In this document: piece by piece, positions 1 to 10,719 of the stretch
Position numbering within the stretch: position 1 is the first letter of the stretch
Layout of the letters: each line of letters starts with the position of its first letter
Assembly: GCA_023701205.1 (NCBI GenBank)
Contig: JAMPXJ010000017.1
Coordinates: 1-64,000 of the forward strand
Length of the DNA stretch: 64,000 nt
Direction of reading: 5' to 3'
From: Oligoflexia bacterium
Lineage (GTDB): Bacteria; Bdellovibrionota; UBA1018
Notes under the pieces: generated by a model
The model's input: only the letters and a program-made list of their open reading frames with translations
The model's database searches: none
Told to the model about the DNA's origin: nothing
Program-made: the position numbers and the translations under genes

Positions 1-398
1 CCCTTCACGATCTGAGTCACCTGGCTCTTGAGCATTTTTACACGAACATTGTCCGCGACCTCAAGCGTGATCACCTTGTCGGCGATCCCGGTGACCTTTC
101 CGAGAAGGCCCGAAGCCGTGATGACCTCATCGCCGTGCTTGAGCGAAGCCAGCATGTCCTGCTGCTCTCTCATCTTCTTCTGCTGGGGGCGGATCATCAG
201 GAAGTAGATCACCGCGAACATCGCGAGGAACGGGACCAGCATCCCACCGATTCCGGGCTGCTGCGGCTGACCTGCCGCGGGGGTACCCGCCGGAACGGAG
301 CCGCCGGGAACCGCGGGCCCCTCGGCCAGCGCCAGGGTGAGCGACCCCAGGAGATAAACGACGGAAGCCAACGACACGTGCTTTGAAAGTTTCGATAG
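1..398 (-). CDS. yajC: Preprotein translocase subunit YajC; C-terminus runs off the window start
   Basis: Reverse-strand translation from ATG (rc of CAT 396-398) gives MLTLSKLS...LVPFLAMFAVIYFLMIRPQQKKMREQQDMLASLKHGDEVITASGLLGKVTGIADKVITLEVADNVRVKM, the conserved YajC core. It lies directly downstream of tgt, as in the canonical tgt-yajC-secDF order. The six-frame track misses it because it has no stop inside the window. Confidence 0.7.
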
Positions 399-411
399 AG
401 TAAGCATTTTG

Positions 412-2240
<1,829 letters not shown>

Positions 2241-2340
2241 GCTCTTTCCCTAGCACAAGATCCAAAAATTCGATGCCAATTTACGCCCGCTTTGCTAGCG
2301 TGCGGCCTTTCCTGATCGGGCGTATCAGAGGAGTCGATCG

Positions 2341-4800
2341 ATGTTCCTGAAGTCAGCTTTCCCGTTTATTGCGGCCTTTTTTTCCTTTTTTTCAATGACC
2401 CTGCTGCCGGCGTGCAGTCCCGCAAAACCGGCGGCCCCGATCCAGTGGATCCGCTCCGTGAGCGTTCAGAAGACGGCCGACACGGGACCCGGCACCGTCT
2501 CCGTCGTGACGACGGTGGATCGCAAAGCCCTGCTGGAGCAGGAATTCCTGTACGGCGCGGATCTCCAGTACTCCTCCTTCTACGATGCCGAGAGCGACCT
2601 CTACCTGCAGAGCGTGGCGCTCGGCCACTTTCCCGTGCGCTTCCGGATCGCCGGGCAGGAACTCCAGCTCGTCGTCGACTCCCGTTACCGCTTCCCGAGC
2701 GACGTGAACCATCCCGAGAAACTGATCAGCCGTTTCGAGATCCTGGAGGAGACCGAATCGACGCTCAAGGTCTCGGGCGCGAACTCCTCCGTTTTCCTCG
2801 GGATGACCTCACGCGAGCTGGGCGCCGAGGGCCAGCCCGCGGATCACTGGGTGCGCTCCTTCGAGAGCGCCGAGCGCGGCACCCTCCTCTTGCAGCAGAC
2901 GAGCGTCCTCTTTCCCGACGGCTCGATCGGCGAGTTCCTCGAGTCCGTCTTCCCGCGCGCGTCGCTCGCGCCGAGCGCGAACTTCCAGAAATTCGAGATG
3001 GATCCGTCCGATCCGATCGGCGGGAGCGAAGGCATGGTGGCGCGCTTCCGGTTCCTTGGCGGCGAGAAGATCCATGAGGGCGAGAAGGCGCTCACCTATG
3101 CCCAGCATTTCGATCCGCCCCCGGGCGGGACGATCGACTGGCACGTCACGCGCAACATTCCTGACGAGTATCTCGAGCCGGTGAAAGCCGCGGTCGAAGG
3201 GTGGAACCGTTACTTCGAATCCTTCTCCGGAATCGCGCGCCCGGCGCTGCGGTTTTTGGGCCGGCTTCCCGAGGGAATCCATCTCGGCGATCCCCGTTAC
3301 AACGTCATCAACTGGGACAGCCGGCGCGTTGCCGGCGCGGCTTACGAAAGCCAGGCGGTGGATCCTCTCACCGGCAAGCAGAGCCACAGCCTGATCTACC
3401 TGCCCGCGGCCTGGCTCGAGATCGGGAAGGACTACTGGCAGGACGGCCTCGCCTCGGATCCGGTCCCGGCGGGCTCCCTCCGCGGCAAGCGTCGCTCCTC
3501 CCTCGTTCGCACAGCCTGCGCGCGCGAGCTGCGCGATGGCGCGGCCCTTGCGGCTTCGGGCCGCCTCACCCGCGATGAGGTCGAGGCTTTCGCGATCCAG
3601 CTCCTCAAGGGAACGCTCTTCCATGAGCTGGGCCATGCGCTCGGACTGGCTCACAACTTCAAGGGCTCGCTCGCATTCGACCGCTCGAAGCCCGGCGCTC
3701 CGTTCTCGACCTCGATCATGGATTACAACGACTTCGAGCTCGAGCGTGGCGCCTTCGACGGGCTTCTTTCGGCGACGGGTCCGCTCCTGGAATACGATCG
3801 CCAGGCCTTGAGCGCGCTTTACAACCAGGGCCGCGACTTTGATGGGGACTCGGATCCTCTTCCGACCTGCAACGACGAGGAGGCGGATCAGGAGGAAGGC
3901 GGCGTCGACCCGCTCTGCATCCGCTATGATGCCGAGAAAGATCCCACCCTGGCCGTCGAGACCTCGTATCAAAGGCTCGTCTCCGAACGGCTCGAAGGCG
4001 ATGTCTCGCTCGCGCAGGCCCTGCTCCGCGTCCCCGGCCTCACGCTCACCGAGGAGCTGCTGAGTGCGGCCACGGACAAGAAGGAATTCGAGGACCTGGC
4101 CACGCGCCTCGGGCGCGCTCTGAAGGGGACGCTCGGTTTCTACCTGGTATCGGGCAAGACTTCCTTCGCCCGTTCCGTCCGCACGAACCTCAAGTCGCTT
4201 CTCGAGGTCTCCGAAGGCATCCTGCCCGAGGGCTACGATCTCCAGGCGATGCGCGAGCGGGCCTTCACGGGCGTGCAGCGCGCCCTCGCGCTCCGCGAGC
4301 TGCCATCGCCCGTGCGCCTGGCACTGCTCGAAGCGCGCTCCACGGCGCTGCTCGCGCTCGCGAGCACGCCCTATCTCCGGTCGCTGAGCCCTTCCGAAGC
4401 CAAGAAGCAGCTGGGCGCCGCGGAGAAAAAACTCGAAGCCATCGCCGAATCTTTCGCCGCGGACCCGTCGGCAGGCCTGGCCAAGGCACGCGCGGCCGTT
4501 CTCGGGGCGCTTGCGCGCCATGAGGCTGTGCCTTATTTCTTCGGCAAGCTCGGGGAACGGCCCGTGGACTTCGAAGCTCTTTTCGTCGGCCTGCTGAGCG
4601 AGGCGATTCCCTCGGAGGCCGGTCGCACCGCCGCCGAGCGCAAAGCCGCGGTGAAGGCCCTTGCCACTTATGCAGGCCGGTTGCAAGGAGATGGCGCGAT
4701 CGAAGCGGCGAGGCTGAAGCTCCAGGCGGAGCGGGCCGCGGCCACGAGCAACGAGGCGCGCGAGCTGGCGCAGGAGCTTCTCAAAGCGCTGGCGGGTTAA
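2341..4800 (+). CDS. Secreted lipoprotein zinc metalloprotease of the metzincin type
   Basis: N-terminal signal peptide with lipobox (LLPAC at residues 22-25). The extended zinc-binding motif HELGHALGLAHNF (HExxHxxGxxH) lies in the middle. About 350 aa of helical, Ala/Leu-rich sequence follows at the C-terminus. 819 aa. Confidence 0.7.
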   Translation: MFLKSAFPFIAAFFSFFSMTLLPACSPAKPAAPIQWIRSVSVQKTADTGPGTVSVVTTVDRKALLEQEFLYGADLQYSSFYDAESDLYLQSVALGHFPVRFRIAGQELQLVVDSRYRFPSDVNHPEKLISRFEILEETESTLKVSGANSSVFLGMTSRELGAEGQPADHWVRSFESAERGTLLLQQTSVLFPDGSIGEFLESVFPRASLAPSANFQKFEMDPSDPIGGSEGMVARFRFLGGEKIHEGEKALTYAQHFDPPPGGTIDWHVTRNIPDEYLEPVKAAVEGWNRYFESFSGIARPALRFLGRLPEGIHLGDPRYNVINWDSRRVAGAAYESQAVDPLTGKQSHSLIYLPAAWLEIGKDYWQDGLASDPVPAGSLRGKRRSSLVRTACARELRDGAALAASGRLTRDEVEAFAIQLLKGTLFHELGHALGLAHNFKGSLAFDRSKPGAPFSTSIMDYNDFELERGAFDGLLSATGPLLEYDRQALSALYNQGRDFDGDSDPLPTCNDEEADQEEGGVDPLCIRYDAEKDPTLAVETSYQRLVSERLEGDVSLAQALLRVPGLTLTEELLSAATDKKEFEDLATRLGRALKGTLGFYLVSGKTSFARSVRTNLKSLLEVSEGILPEGYDLQAMRERAFTGVQRALALRELPSPVRLALLEARSTALLALASTPYLRSLSPSEAKKQLGAAEKKLEAIAESFAADPSAGLAKARAAVLGALARHEAVPYFFGKLGERPVDFEALFVGLLSEAIPSEAGRTAAERKAAVKALATYAGRLQGDGAIEAARLKLQAERAAATSNEARELAQELLKALAG

Positions 4801-4850
4801 TCAAAGCCGTCGTCGTTTGAAATACGCGCTGAGCGGCTCGCGAACTGCGG

Positions 4851-5486
4851 TCAGAACCGCCGCTCCCAGTGCAGGAACGCCGCTCGATCCAGGAAATAAG
4901 TCCCGCGCAGGACCGGTCCCCCGCGCTCCTTCGAGCGGAAGAGCTCGTAATCGGCGATCACGAGGTCCGAAAGCGACGGGCGGCGATCCAGGCCCACCTT
5001 GTCGGCGAAGCGCTTGGAAACGACCTTGCGCCCATACTCCTTCGGGACGAAAACGGAAGCCGCGGCGAGCGCGGAGAACTCCTTGGGCACCTTGAGATTC
5101 CTCAGGAGCAGATCCACGGCCTGAACCACCTGCGCATGGCAGCGGCGATTGGCGAGATCGCCATGCAGGTGCCTGCCCGAGCAGGACGAGCCGTTGGGAT
5201 CACCCACATGATCAAGCGTTTCCCGCTCCGTCAGCCCGAACACCCGGCCTTCCGGTGAGAGACGGGGCTTCGAGGATTCCTCGATCTTCAGGAACTCCCG
5301 GGACGACCCGCTCGGTGTGGGATTTTCCAGCGCGATCTGCCGGATCGCGAGCCGGATATCGTCGTAATTGATCGAAGTCGAAGGCGCCAAACGCTCGTTC
5401 GAAGAATGGCCGCAAGGGTCCGCAAGGCCGGAAACAGGGGCGATCAGGGCCACTAAAACACCGGATTGGATCAGGAAGTTCCTCAT
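4851..5486 (-). CDS. Secreted hypothetical protein, possibly a LAS/M15-type zinc peptidase
   Basis: The start is taken at MRNFLIQSGVLVALIAPVSGLA (a signal peptide). It contains GRHLHGD and ends with C-terminal FLHWERRF, resembling the His/Asp and ExWH motifs of D-Ala-D-Ala carboxypeptidase-like (M15) enzymes. The match is weak and made by eye only. Confidence 0.3.
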   Translation of the reverse strand: MRNFLIQSGVLVALIAPVSGLADPCGHSSNERLAPSTSINYDDIRLAIRQIALENPTPSGSSREFLKIEESSKPRLSPEGRVFGLTERETLDHVGDPNGSSCSGRHLHGDLANRRCHAQVVQAVDLLLRNLKVPKEFSALAAASVFVPKEYGRKVVSKRFADKVGLDRRPSLSDLVIADYELFRSKERGGPVLRGTYFLDRAAFLHWERRF

Positions 5487-5671
5487 GCTTCCGTTGAAAC
5501 AGAGCAAGTCCCATGCCTCCGGTCACCAATAAGCCGTGATCGCGCTCGCAACACTCTTTTGTCCAAGAACCTGACATCTGCCCAAAAGTGAGCCGGGCTC
5601 CGGCGAAATGGTTTCCGGCGCCGGCCAAGATGGCCGCGCGCCGGAAGCGCCCTTGCCTCGCACCGACCCGA

Positions 5672-6316
5672 TCAGAACGAAATGATGTTGCCATCGGGGA
5701 TGAGGTTGACCTCCTCGATCGTGATGGCGCCCTTGCCGATCGTGGCGTTGGCGGCGGCGGTGCCGTTCTGGAAACTCAGGTCCGTATGGATCTTGGCCTG
5801 GACCTCGACGTTGTGCTTGCCGGTCGGCATGGTCAGCGCGAAGTTGAAGGAGTTGGCCGTCATCGTCTCCTGAAGCAGGCCGATCATCTCCGGTGAGGTG
5901 AGACAGGTGCTCATGTTCAACATGTCGGTGCAGCTCAGCAGCGCCCCCTGGAGCTGCGCCGTCAGCTGCTGCATGCGATTGCAGAAGACCACTTGGCCGG
6001 GCTGCGCCTCCTTGCCATCGACCAGTACACGAACCATGACGCCGGCGAACGCGGAAGACGTGTCCGTCACCATGTTCTGGCTCTTCACGACCGTATTGGT
6101 ATACAGGCCGCATTCCAGGGAGACGTTCATCTGGAGGGTCTTGTTCATGGAGGTGCCGATCGGCGCGGCCATGATGGTCCGCCAGGCCATCTCCGAGGAT
6201 TTCAATACCTGGACCTCACCGACCCGAATGGCGTTCTTGGCTCCCGCAACCGCGAACGGCGTGGACGCCAGGGCGAAAGTTCCAGCAAAAGCGAGCAAAG
6301 CTAAACCACTCTTCAT
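5672..6316 (-). CDS. Secreted hypothetical protein (Thr/Ser/Asn/Gln-rich, 214 aa)
   Basis: The start is taken at MKSGLALLAFAGTFALASTPFAVAG, a signal peptide ending in an AxA site. The mature part is polar with no recognisable motif and ends in C-terminal ...IISF. It is co-directional with queA. Confidence 0.5.
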   Translation of the reverse strand: MKSGLALLAFAGTFALASTPFAVAGAKNAIRVGEVQVLKSSEMAWRTIMAAPIGTSMNKTLQMNVSLECGLYTNTVVKSQNMVTDTSSAFAGVMVRVLVDGKEAQPGQVVFCNRMQQLTAQLQGALLSCTDMLNMSTCLTSPEMIGLLQETMTANSFNFALTMPTGKHNVEVQAKIHTDLSFQNGTAAANATIGKGAITIEEVNLIPDGNIISF

Positions 6317-6551
6317 GAATCCCCCCGAAAAATAACGATTGAGTTCAGTCCCCGAAAGCAGGACGCCCGGGCTGTGGAAAACGTTTCTGCCGCTCTCATT
6401 TTTTTGGCGCGCACCGCGGCGTGCGTGTCCGCGTTTACCTGGGTCAACCTCAACCGACTTCTCCGTGGGGCCCAAAGTGAGGAACCGTCAGGGCCTGAGC
6501 GCGCTTCAGGCTCTTTCCGAGGAACGCGTCGTCGAGCGGGATATGGCTCTT

Positions 6552-7613
6552 TCAGAGCACCAGCATCGCGTCGCCGTAACTGAAGAAGCGGTACTCCCGC
6601 TCGACCGCCTCGCGATAAGCGCGCATCACGAGCTCGTGGCCGGCGAACGCGGAAACCAGCATGAGCAGCGTCGATTTCGGCAGATGGAAATTCGTGATCA
6701 GGCGGTCGACGACCTGGAACTCGTGGGCGCCGGGCCGGATGAAAATCGAGGTCCTTCCGGGCCCAGCCTGCAGCTCCCCTCCGCGCCAGGCGCTCTCGAG
6801 CGTCCGGACGGAGGTCGTGCCCACGGCGACGATGCGGTTGCCGGCGCGCTTGGCGGCGTTCACCCGCGCGGCGGTTTCGGGAGACACGTCGTAACGCTCC
6901 TCGTGCATCTTGTGTTTGGCGAGCTCCGGGTCCTTCACCGGGCGGAACGTGCCCAGTCCCACGTTGAGCGTCACCTCGGTCCAAGCTACGCCTCGCTCGC
7001 GGAGCTCCGACAGCACGGCCTCGGTGAAATGCAAGCCCGCCGTCGGCGCCGCCGCCGAGCCCGGCACCTTGGCGTAAAGCGTCTGGTAGGACTTCTCGTC
7101 GAGCGCCTCGGGCGAACGCTGGATGTAATGCGGCAGTGGCAGCTCGCCCGCGCCGCTCTCGATCGGGTCACGGTCGAACTCGGCGATCACCGTGCCATGG
7201 GGCGAGTCCTTCACCCCGCGCACGAGCTCCCCGCGAAGCCCGCGCCCGTCGGGTGTCGGAATCTCGAAACGCAGCCCCGGGACGTACTTCGCGCTCGCGT
7301 GAAAAAGCCCTTCCCACCGGCGCGGCCCGAGCTCCTCGAGCAGGACGAACTCCACCCGCCCGCCGGGAATCCACATCCCTTGCTCCGGCCTGAGCCGATG
7401 CCCGAGCAGCCGGGCCTTGAGGACGCGCGAGTTGTTGGCCACGAGCAGATCGCGTGAATCGAGAAATCCCGGAAGCTCGCGGAAAAACCGATGCTCGATC
7501 GTCCCACTCGCGCGATCGAGCACGAGCAGCCGCGAGGCATCGCGCGGCTCCGCCGGTCGCTGGGCGATCAACCTTTCGGGCAGCGAGAAATCAAAATCTT
7601 CCAGTAAGTGCAT
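6552..7613 (-). CDS. queA: S-adenosylmethionine:tRNA ribosyltransferase-isomerase
   Basis: From the internal Met MHLLEDFDFSLPERLIAQRP the protein aligns end to end with QueA: ELPGFL..DLLVANNSRV, GTFRPVK and AVGTTSVRTLES, with a C-terminal FFSYGDAMLV. The first 41 codons of the track ORF are a spurious extension. Confidence 0.9.
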   Translation of the reverse strand: MHLLEDFDFSLPERLIAQRPAEPRDASRLLVLDRASGTIEHRFFRELPGFLDSRDLLVANNSRVLKARLLGHRLRPEQGMWIPGGRVEFVLLEELGPRRWEGLFHASAKYVPGLRFEIPTPDGRGLRGELVRGVKDSPHGTVIAEFDRDPIESGAGELPLPHYIQRSPEALDEKSYQTLYAKVPGSAAAPTAGLHFTEAVLSELRERGVAWTEVTLNVGLGTFRPVKDPELAKHKMHEERYDVSPETAARVNAAKRAGNRIVAVGTTSVRTLESAWRGGELQAGPGRTSIFIRPGAHEFQVVDRLITNFHLPKSTLLMLVSAFAGHELVMRAYREAVEREYRFFSYGDAMLVL

Positions 7614-7635
7614 GCTTCGTGCAAAATAGGGTTCG

Positions 7636-9114
7636 ATGGTTTTCCGACACACCTTAGAGAAGGTTCGAAACTCGATCAATGCCAAAATCATTTTCGTCGT
7701 CTTCGCTTTGAGCGGAGCGGTCACGATCATCATCACCGGATTCCAGCTTTTTTGGGACTACCACGAGGAATTGCGCGAAATCGACCATAACGTGCAACTT
7801 GTCGAAAGCACCTTCAAAGGAGGGGTGGAAGAGGCGTTATGGAACTTCGACATCACCATGCTGAGAGTCCAGACCAGCGGCATTCTGAATATTCCCGGGT
7901 TTCGCCAGGTTTTCATTTCCTCCTGGATGGAGGGCGATTCCGGAAAGCTGATCCATTCCGGGGGGAGGCGCACCGAGGGCAAATACCTGGTTCGGAAGAT
8001 CGACCTGTCCCACGCGGGGCCCGAGAGCCCCGGTCCGGTGCGAATCGGCCAGCTCGAACTGCATATCGACCTGACGGGAGTATACATCCGGCTCTGGAAA
8101 AAGGCCGGCATTATCCTCCTGACGCAGTTTCTCAAGACTCTCATGGTTTCCGGCCTCGTGCTCTACGCGCTCAACCGGATCCTCACCCGGCATCTGCTGG
8201 CCGCCCAGAGGCATTTGATAGAACAGGCGGAACAGGCATCTGAATATACGCCTTTGAAACTGCCCCGGGATCCGAGCTGGAACGATGAGATCAAGAGCCT
8301 CGAGGATTCGATCAATCGCATGCAATCCCTCGTCCGCGAGAGGTACGAGGCTCTCGCCGAGCTTAACGAGACCCTGGAGCGCAAGGTGGTCGAACGGACC
8401 AAGCTGATCGCCGAACAGCAGGAAAAGCTCCAGTTTGCTTCGAAGATGCTGGCGCTTGGCGAGATGGCCGGCGGAATCGCGCACGAGATCAACAGCCCGC
8501 TCACGGTCATCTCCCTGCTGTCGCATGATTCCCTCCGAATCGCCGAAAAGCTGAAAAATGAGCGACTGCGATCCTCCATGGCACGTGTGCTCCAAACCGT
8601 CGATAAGATCGGCCGGATCACTTCGTCGCTCCGCGGCTTCGCCTCCGAAGCTTCCCAGGAGGGAATGGCGCTCGCGAAGGTCAGCACGATCATCAATGAC
8701 GCCGTCTTCCTCGGCTCGATGAGAGGGGCCGGCTCCGATACCCCGATCCAGGTGGAGCCCTATACTGACGTCGAAGTCTACTGCCGCGCATCAGTGGTTT
8801 CCCAGGTCTTGCTCGGCCTCATCTACAATGCGATCAATGCCGTGGCCGGTCAGCCTGAACGCTGGATATCAATCGAGGTGGAATTCGATCCCAAGAACGT
8901 CAGAATAAGCGTGTCCGACAGCAGCCGATGCCTACCGGATGAGCTCGTGAAGAAGATGTTCCTTCCCTTGGCTGCCCATGATTTCGGCAAGACGAGCAAC
9001 CTCGGCCTGAACACCTTTTCCAATATCATAAATGACAATGGAGGCACGCTTTCCTACGATTGCGCGCGGCAATACACGCGATTCATCGTCGAGCTTTCCA
9101 GGCCGTCCACCTGA
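7636..9114 (+). CDS. Sensor histidine kinase: two transmembrane segments, periplasmic loop, HisKA and HATPase
   Basis: TM1 is IIFVVFALSGAVTIIITGFQLFW, followed by a periplasmic loop of about 120 aa and TM2 ILLTQFLKTLMVSGLVLYAL. The H-box is GEMAGGIAHEINSPL and the C-terminal GHKL motifs are NAINAV....DSSRC and GLGLNTFSNII. Its GC content is clearly lower than the neighbouring genes. Confidence 0.85.
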   Translation: MVFRHTLEKVRNSINAKIIFVVFALSGAVTIIITGFQLFWDYHEELREIDHNVQLVESTFKGGVEEALWNFDITMLRVQTSGILNIPGFRQVFISSWMEGDSGKLIHSGGRRTEGKYLVRKIDLSHAGPESPGPVRIGQLELHIDLTGVYIRLWKKAGIILLTQFLKTLMVSGLVLYALNRILTRHLLAAQRHLIEQAEQASEYTPLKLPRDPSWNDEIKSLEDSINRMQSLVRERYEALAELNETLERKVVERTKLIAEQQEKLQFASKMLALGEMAGGIAHEINSPLTVISLLSHDSLRIAEKLKNERLRSSMARVLQTVDKIGRITSSLRGFASEASQEGMALAKVSTIINDAVFLGSMRGAGSDTPIQVEPYTDVEVYCRASVVSQVLLGLIYNAINAVAGQPERWISIEVEFDPKNVRISVSDSSRCLPDELVKKMFLPLAAHDFGKTSNLGLNTFSNIINDNGGTLSYDCARQYTRFIVELSRPST

Positions 9115-9165
9115 TGCGGCGCTACGAGCCTTGTCCCCCTTCGCGCGATAGCGTATCATTTTCCC

Positions 9166-9960
9166 ATGTGCGCATTTCGCTTCATGGGCTTATCGGTAAC
9201 CGCGCTTTCGCTTCTCTTTGCGTCTACCACGAACACGACCGCCGCGGAGGACCTCAGGCTTTCCATAGCCGTCGCCCCGATGAAGAATATCTTCTCCAAG
9301 ATCAGGGAGCCGCTCGAGCGGGAAACGGGAATTCGCGTCGTGGACGTGAACGGCACCTGGCAGGGAGTCAGCGCGGATCGGGTTCTCCTGGACGTGGACA
9401 ACGGCACTGCGGAGGCAGGCGCCGGAGGGCTCGATTGGAGCAACTGGGTCGAGTTCATGCAGGAAAAGGGTCTCAAGGTGAAAAACCTGAAGGACATGCG
9501 TTACCGCGTGATCGGCCGTGACCGCACTCAAATCGTGACCCACAAGGCCGTCGGCGTAACCCATCTCTCCGATTCTGATTTGGCCAAGTTGCTTTCAGGA
9601 GAGGTGCGAAACTGGAAGGAAGTCGGAGGTAAAGACCTTCCAGTTGTCACTATTTTCTCGAAAGTGCAGATGGTAATGGCACCCTATCTGGAGAAGATCA
9701 TCCTGGGCGGAAAACCGATCCGCAAGGAGGGGACGATTTACACCGATACCATCCCGACCCTGCTCAAAGCCATCTCCGCCACTCCGGGAGCTATTGGCTG
9801 GGTCCCCCTCGCCGCGGTTACGGAGGATGTCGCGGCTCCAAAACACTCGACCATGGGAAGGCCCTTGATTCTGGTCGTGAAGGGCCGTTATACACCCAAG
9901 ATAGAAAGACTGCTGAAATTCATCGAAACCGAAGGCCCGAAATACGGCGTGGCGAGATAA
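9166..9960 (+). CDS. Periplasmic substrate-binding protein (PstS/phosphate-binding-like fold)
   Basis: Signal peptide LSVTALSLLFASTTNTTAAE. Mature-protein length, hydrophobic periodicity and a GAIGWVPL-type motif are typical of type-2 periplasmic binding proteins. It sits between the kinase and the response regulator. Confidence 0.5.
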   Translation: MCAFRFMGLSVTALSLLFASTTNTTAAEDLRLSIAVAPMKNIFSKIREPLERETGIRVVDVNGTWQGVSADRVLLDVDNGTAEAGAGGLDWSNWVEFMQEKGLKVKNLKDMRYRVIGRDRTQIVTHKAVGVTHLSDSDLAKLLSGEVRNWKEVGGKDLPVVTIFSKVQMVMAPYLEKIILGGKPIRKEGTIYTDTIPTLLKAISATPGAIGWVPLAAVTEDVAAPKHSTMGRPLILVVKGRYTPKIERLLKFIETEGPKYGVAR

Positions 9961-9987
9961 AGCGTCGCACCAACTGGAATCAAGCCG

Positions 9988-10695
9988 ATGTCCGATCAAA
10001 AAACAATTCTCATTGTCGATGACAACCAGGACATACGCGAGCTGCTCGCTATGGAGTTCGAGCTCCAGAATTTTCGCGTCTTGAAAGCCGATAACGGAAA
10101 GACCGCGCTTGAGGTCGTGCGAGACGGAAGTGTGAACGTCGTGGTCTCGGATATCCGCATGCCTGGCGGAGATGGCGTCACACTCCTGAAGGAGCTGCGC
10201 AAGCGGGATCCCTTTTTTCCGGGCATCATTCTGATCACCGGGTTCGCCGATATCAGTACGCCCCAGGCGTTCGATGCCGGAGCGAGCTCGATCATCATGA
10301 AGCCATTCAAGCTGGATGCCTTGAGCGCGGCCGTGAGCAAGGCGCTCAAGCCGATCAGCCGGCAGGCCGATGGAGCCCCGAAAGGGCCGCTAATGGAGAT
10401 CCGGAAGGCTTGGGACGCTTTTCCCGGCGACAGGACGAAAGGCTTCTCGCTCGGACACGGGGGATTCTTTCTTGAATGCACCTCGCCAACGCCCGGACGC
10501 GATACCCTAATCGCCTTCGACTTGGACTTCGGAGCCGGCCCCCTTACCCATCTCGCCGGAACCGGAACGATCCTCTGGTCGCGCGTGAACGGGATCTGGG
10601 TCGAGATCAATGAGCTCACGGAAGAATCGAGCCGCGCGTTCGATAAGTTCGTCCTGGCTCGCCGTGATCCCGCGTTTATCCCGCTCCCGAGCTGA
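9988..10695 (+). CDS. Response regulator: receiver domain plus a C-terminal domain of unknown function, no DNA-binding HTH
   Basis: Receiver motifs are ILIVDDNQDIRELL, the phospho-acceptor VVVSDIRMPGGDG, and ILITGF...MKPF. The C-terminal ~110 aa (GFSLGHGGFFLE...AFDLDFGAG...) do not match OmpR, NarL or NtrC outputs. Confidence 0.8.
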   Translation: MSDQKTILIVDDNQDIRELLAMEFELQNFRVLKADNGKTALEVVRDGSVNVVVSDIRMPGGDGVTLLKELRKRDPFFPGIILITGFADISTPQAFDAGASSIIMKPFKLDALSAAVSKALKPISRQADGAPKGPLMEIRKAWDAFPGDRTKGFSLGHGGFFLECTSPTPGRDTLIAFDLDFGAGPLTHLAGTGTILWSRVNGIWVEINELTEESSRAFDKFVLARRDPAFIPLPS

Positions 10696-10719
10696 AGATG
10701 ACGCTCGCCACCCCCGCCG

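Noticed and set aside
10380-10695. Calling the response regulator's C-terminal domain a PilZ (c-di-GMP-binding) domain
   Set aside because: The RxxxR and (D/N)xSxxG motifs are not convincingly present (only DLDFGAG). Kept as 'unknown output domain'.
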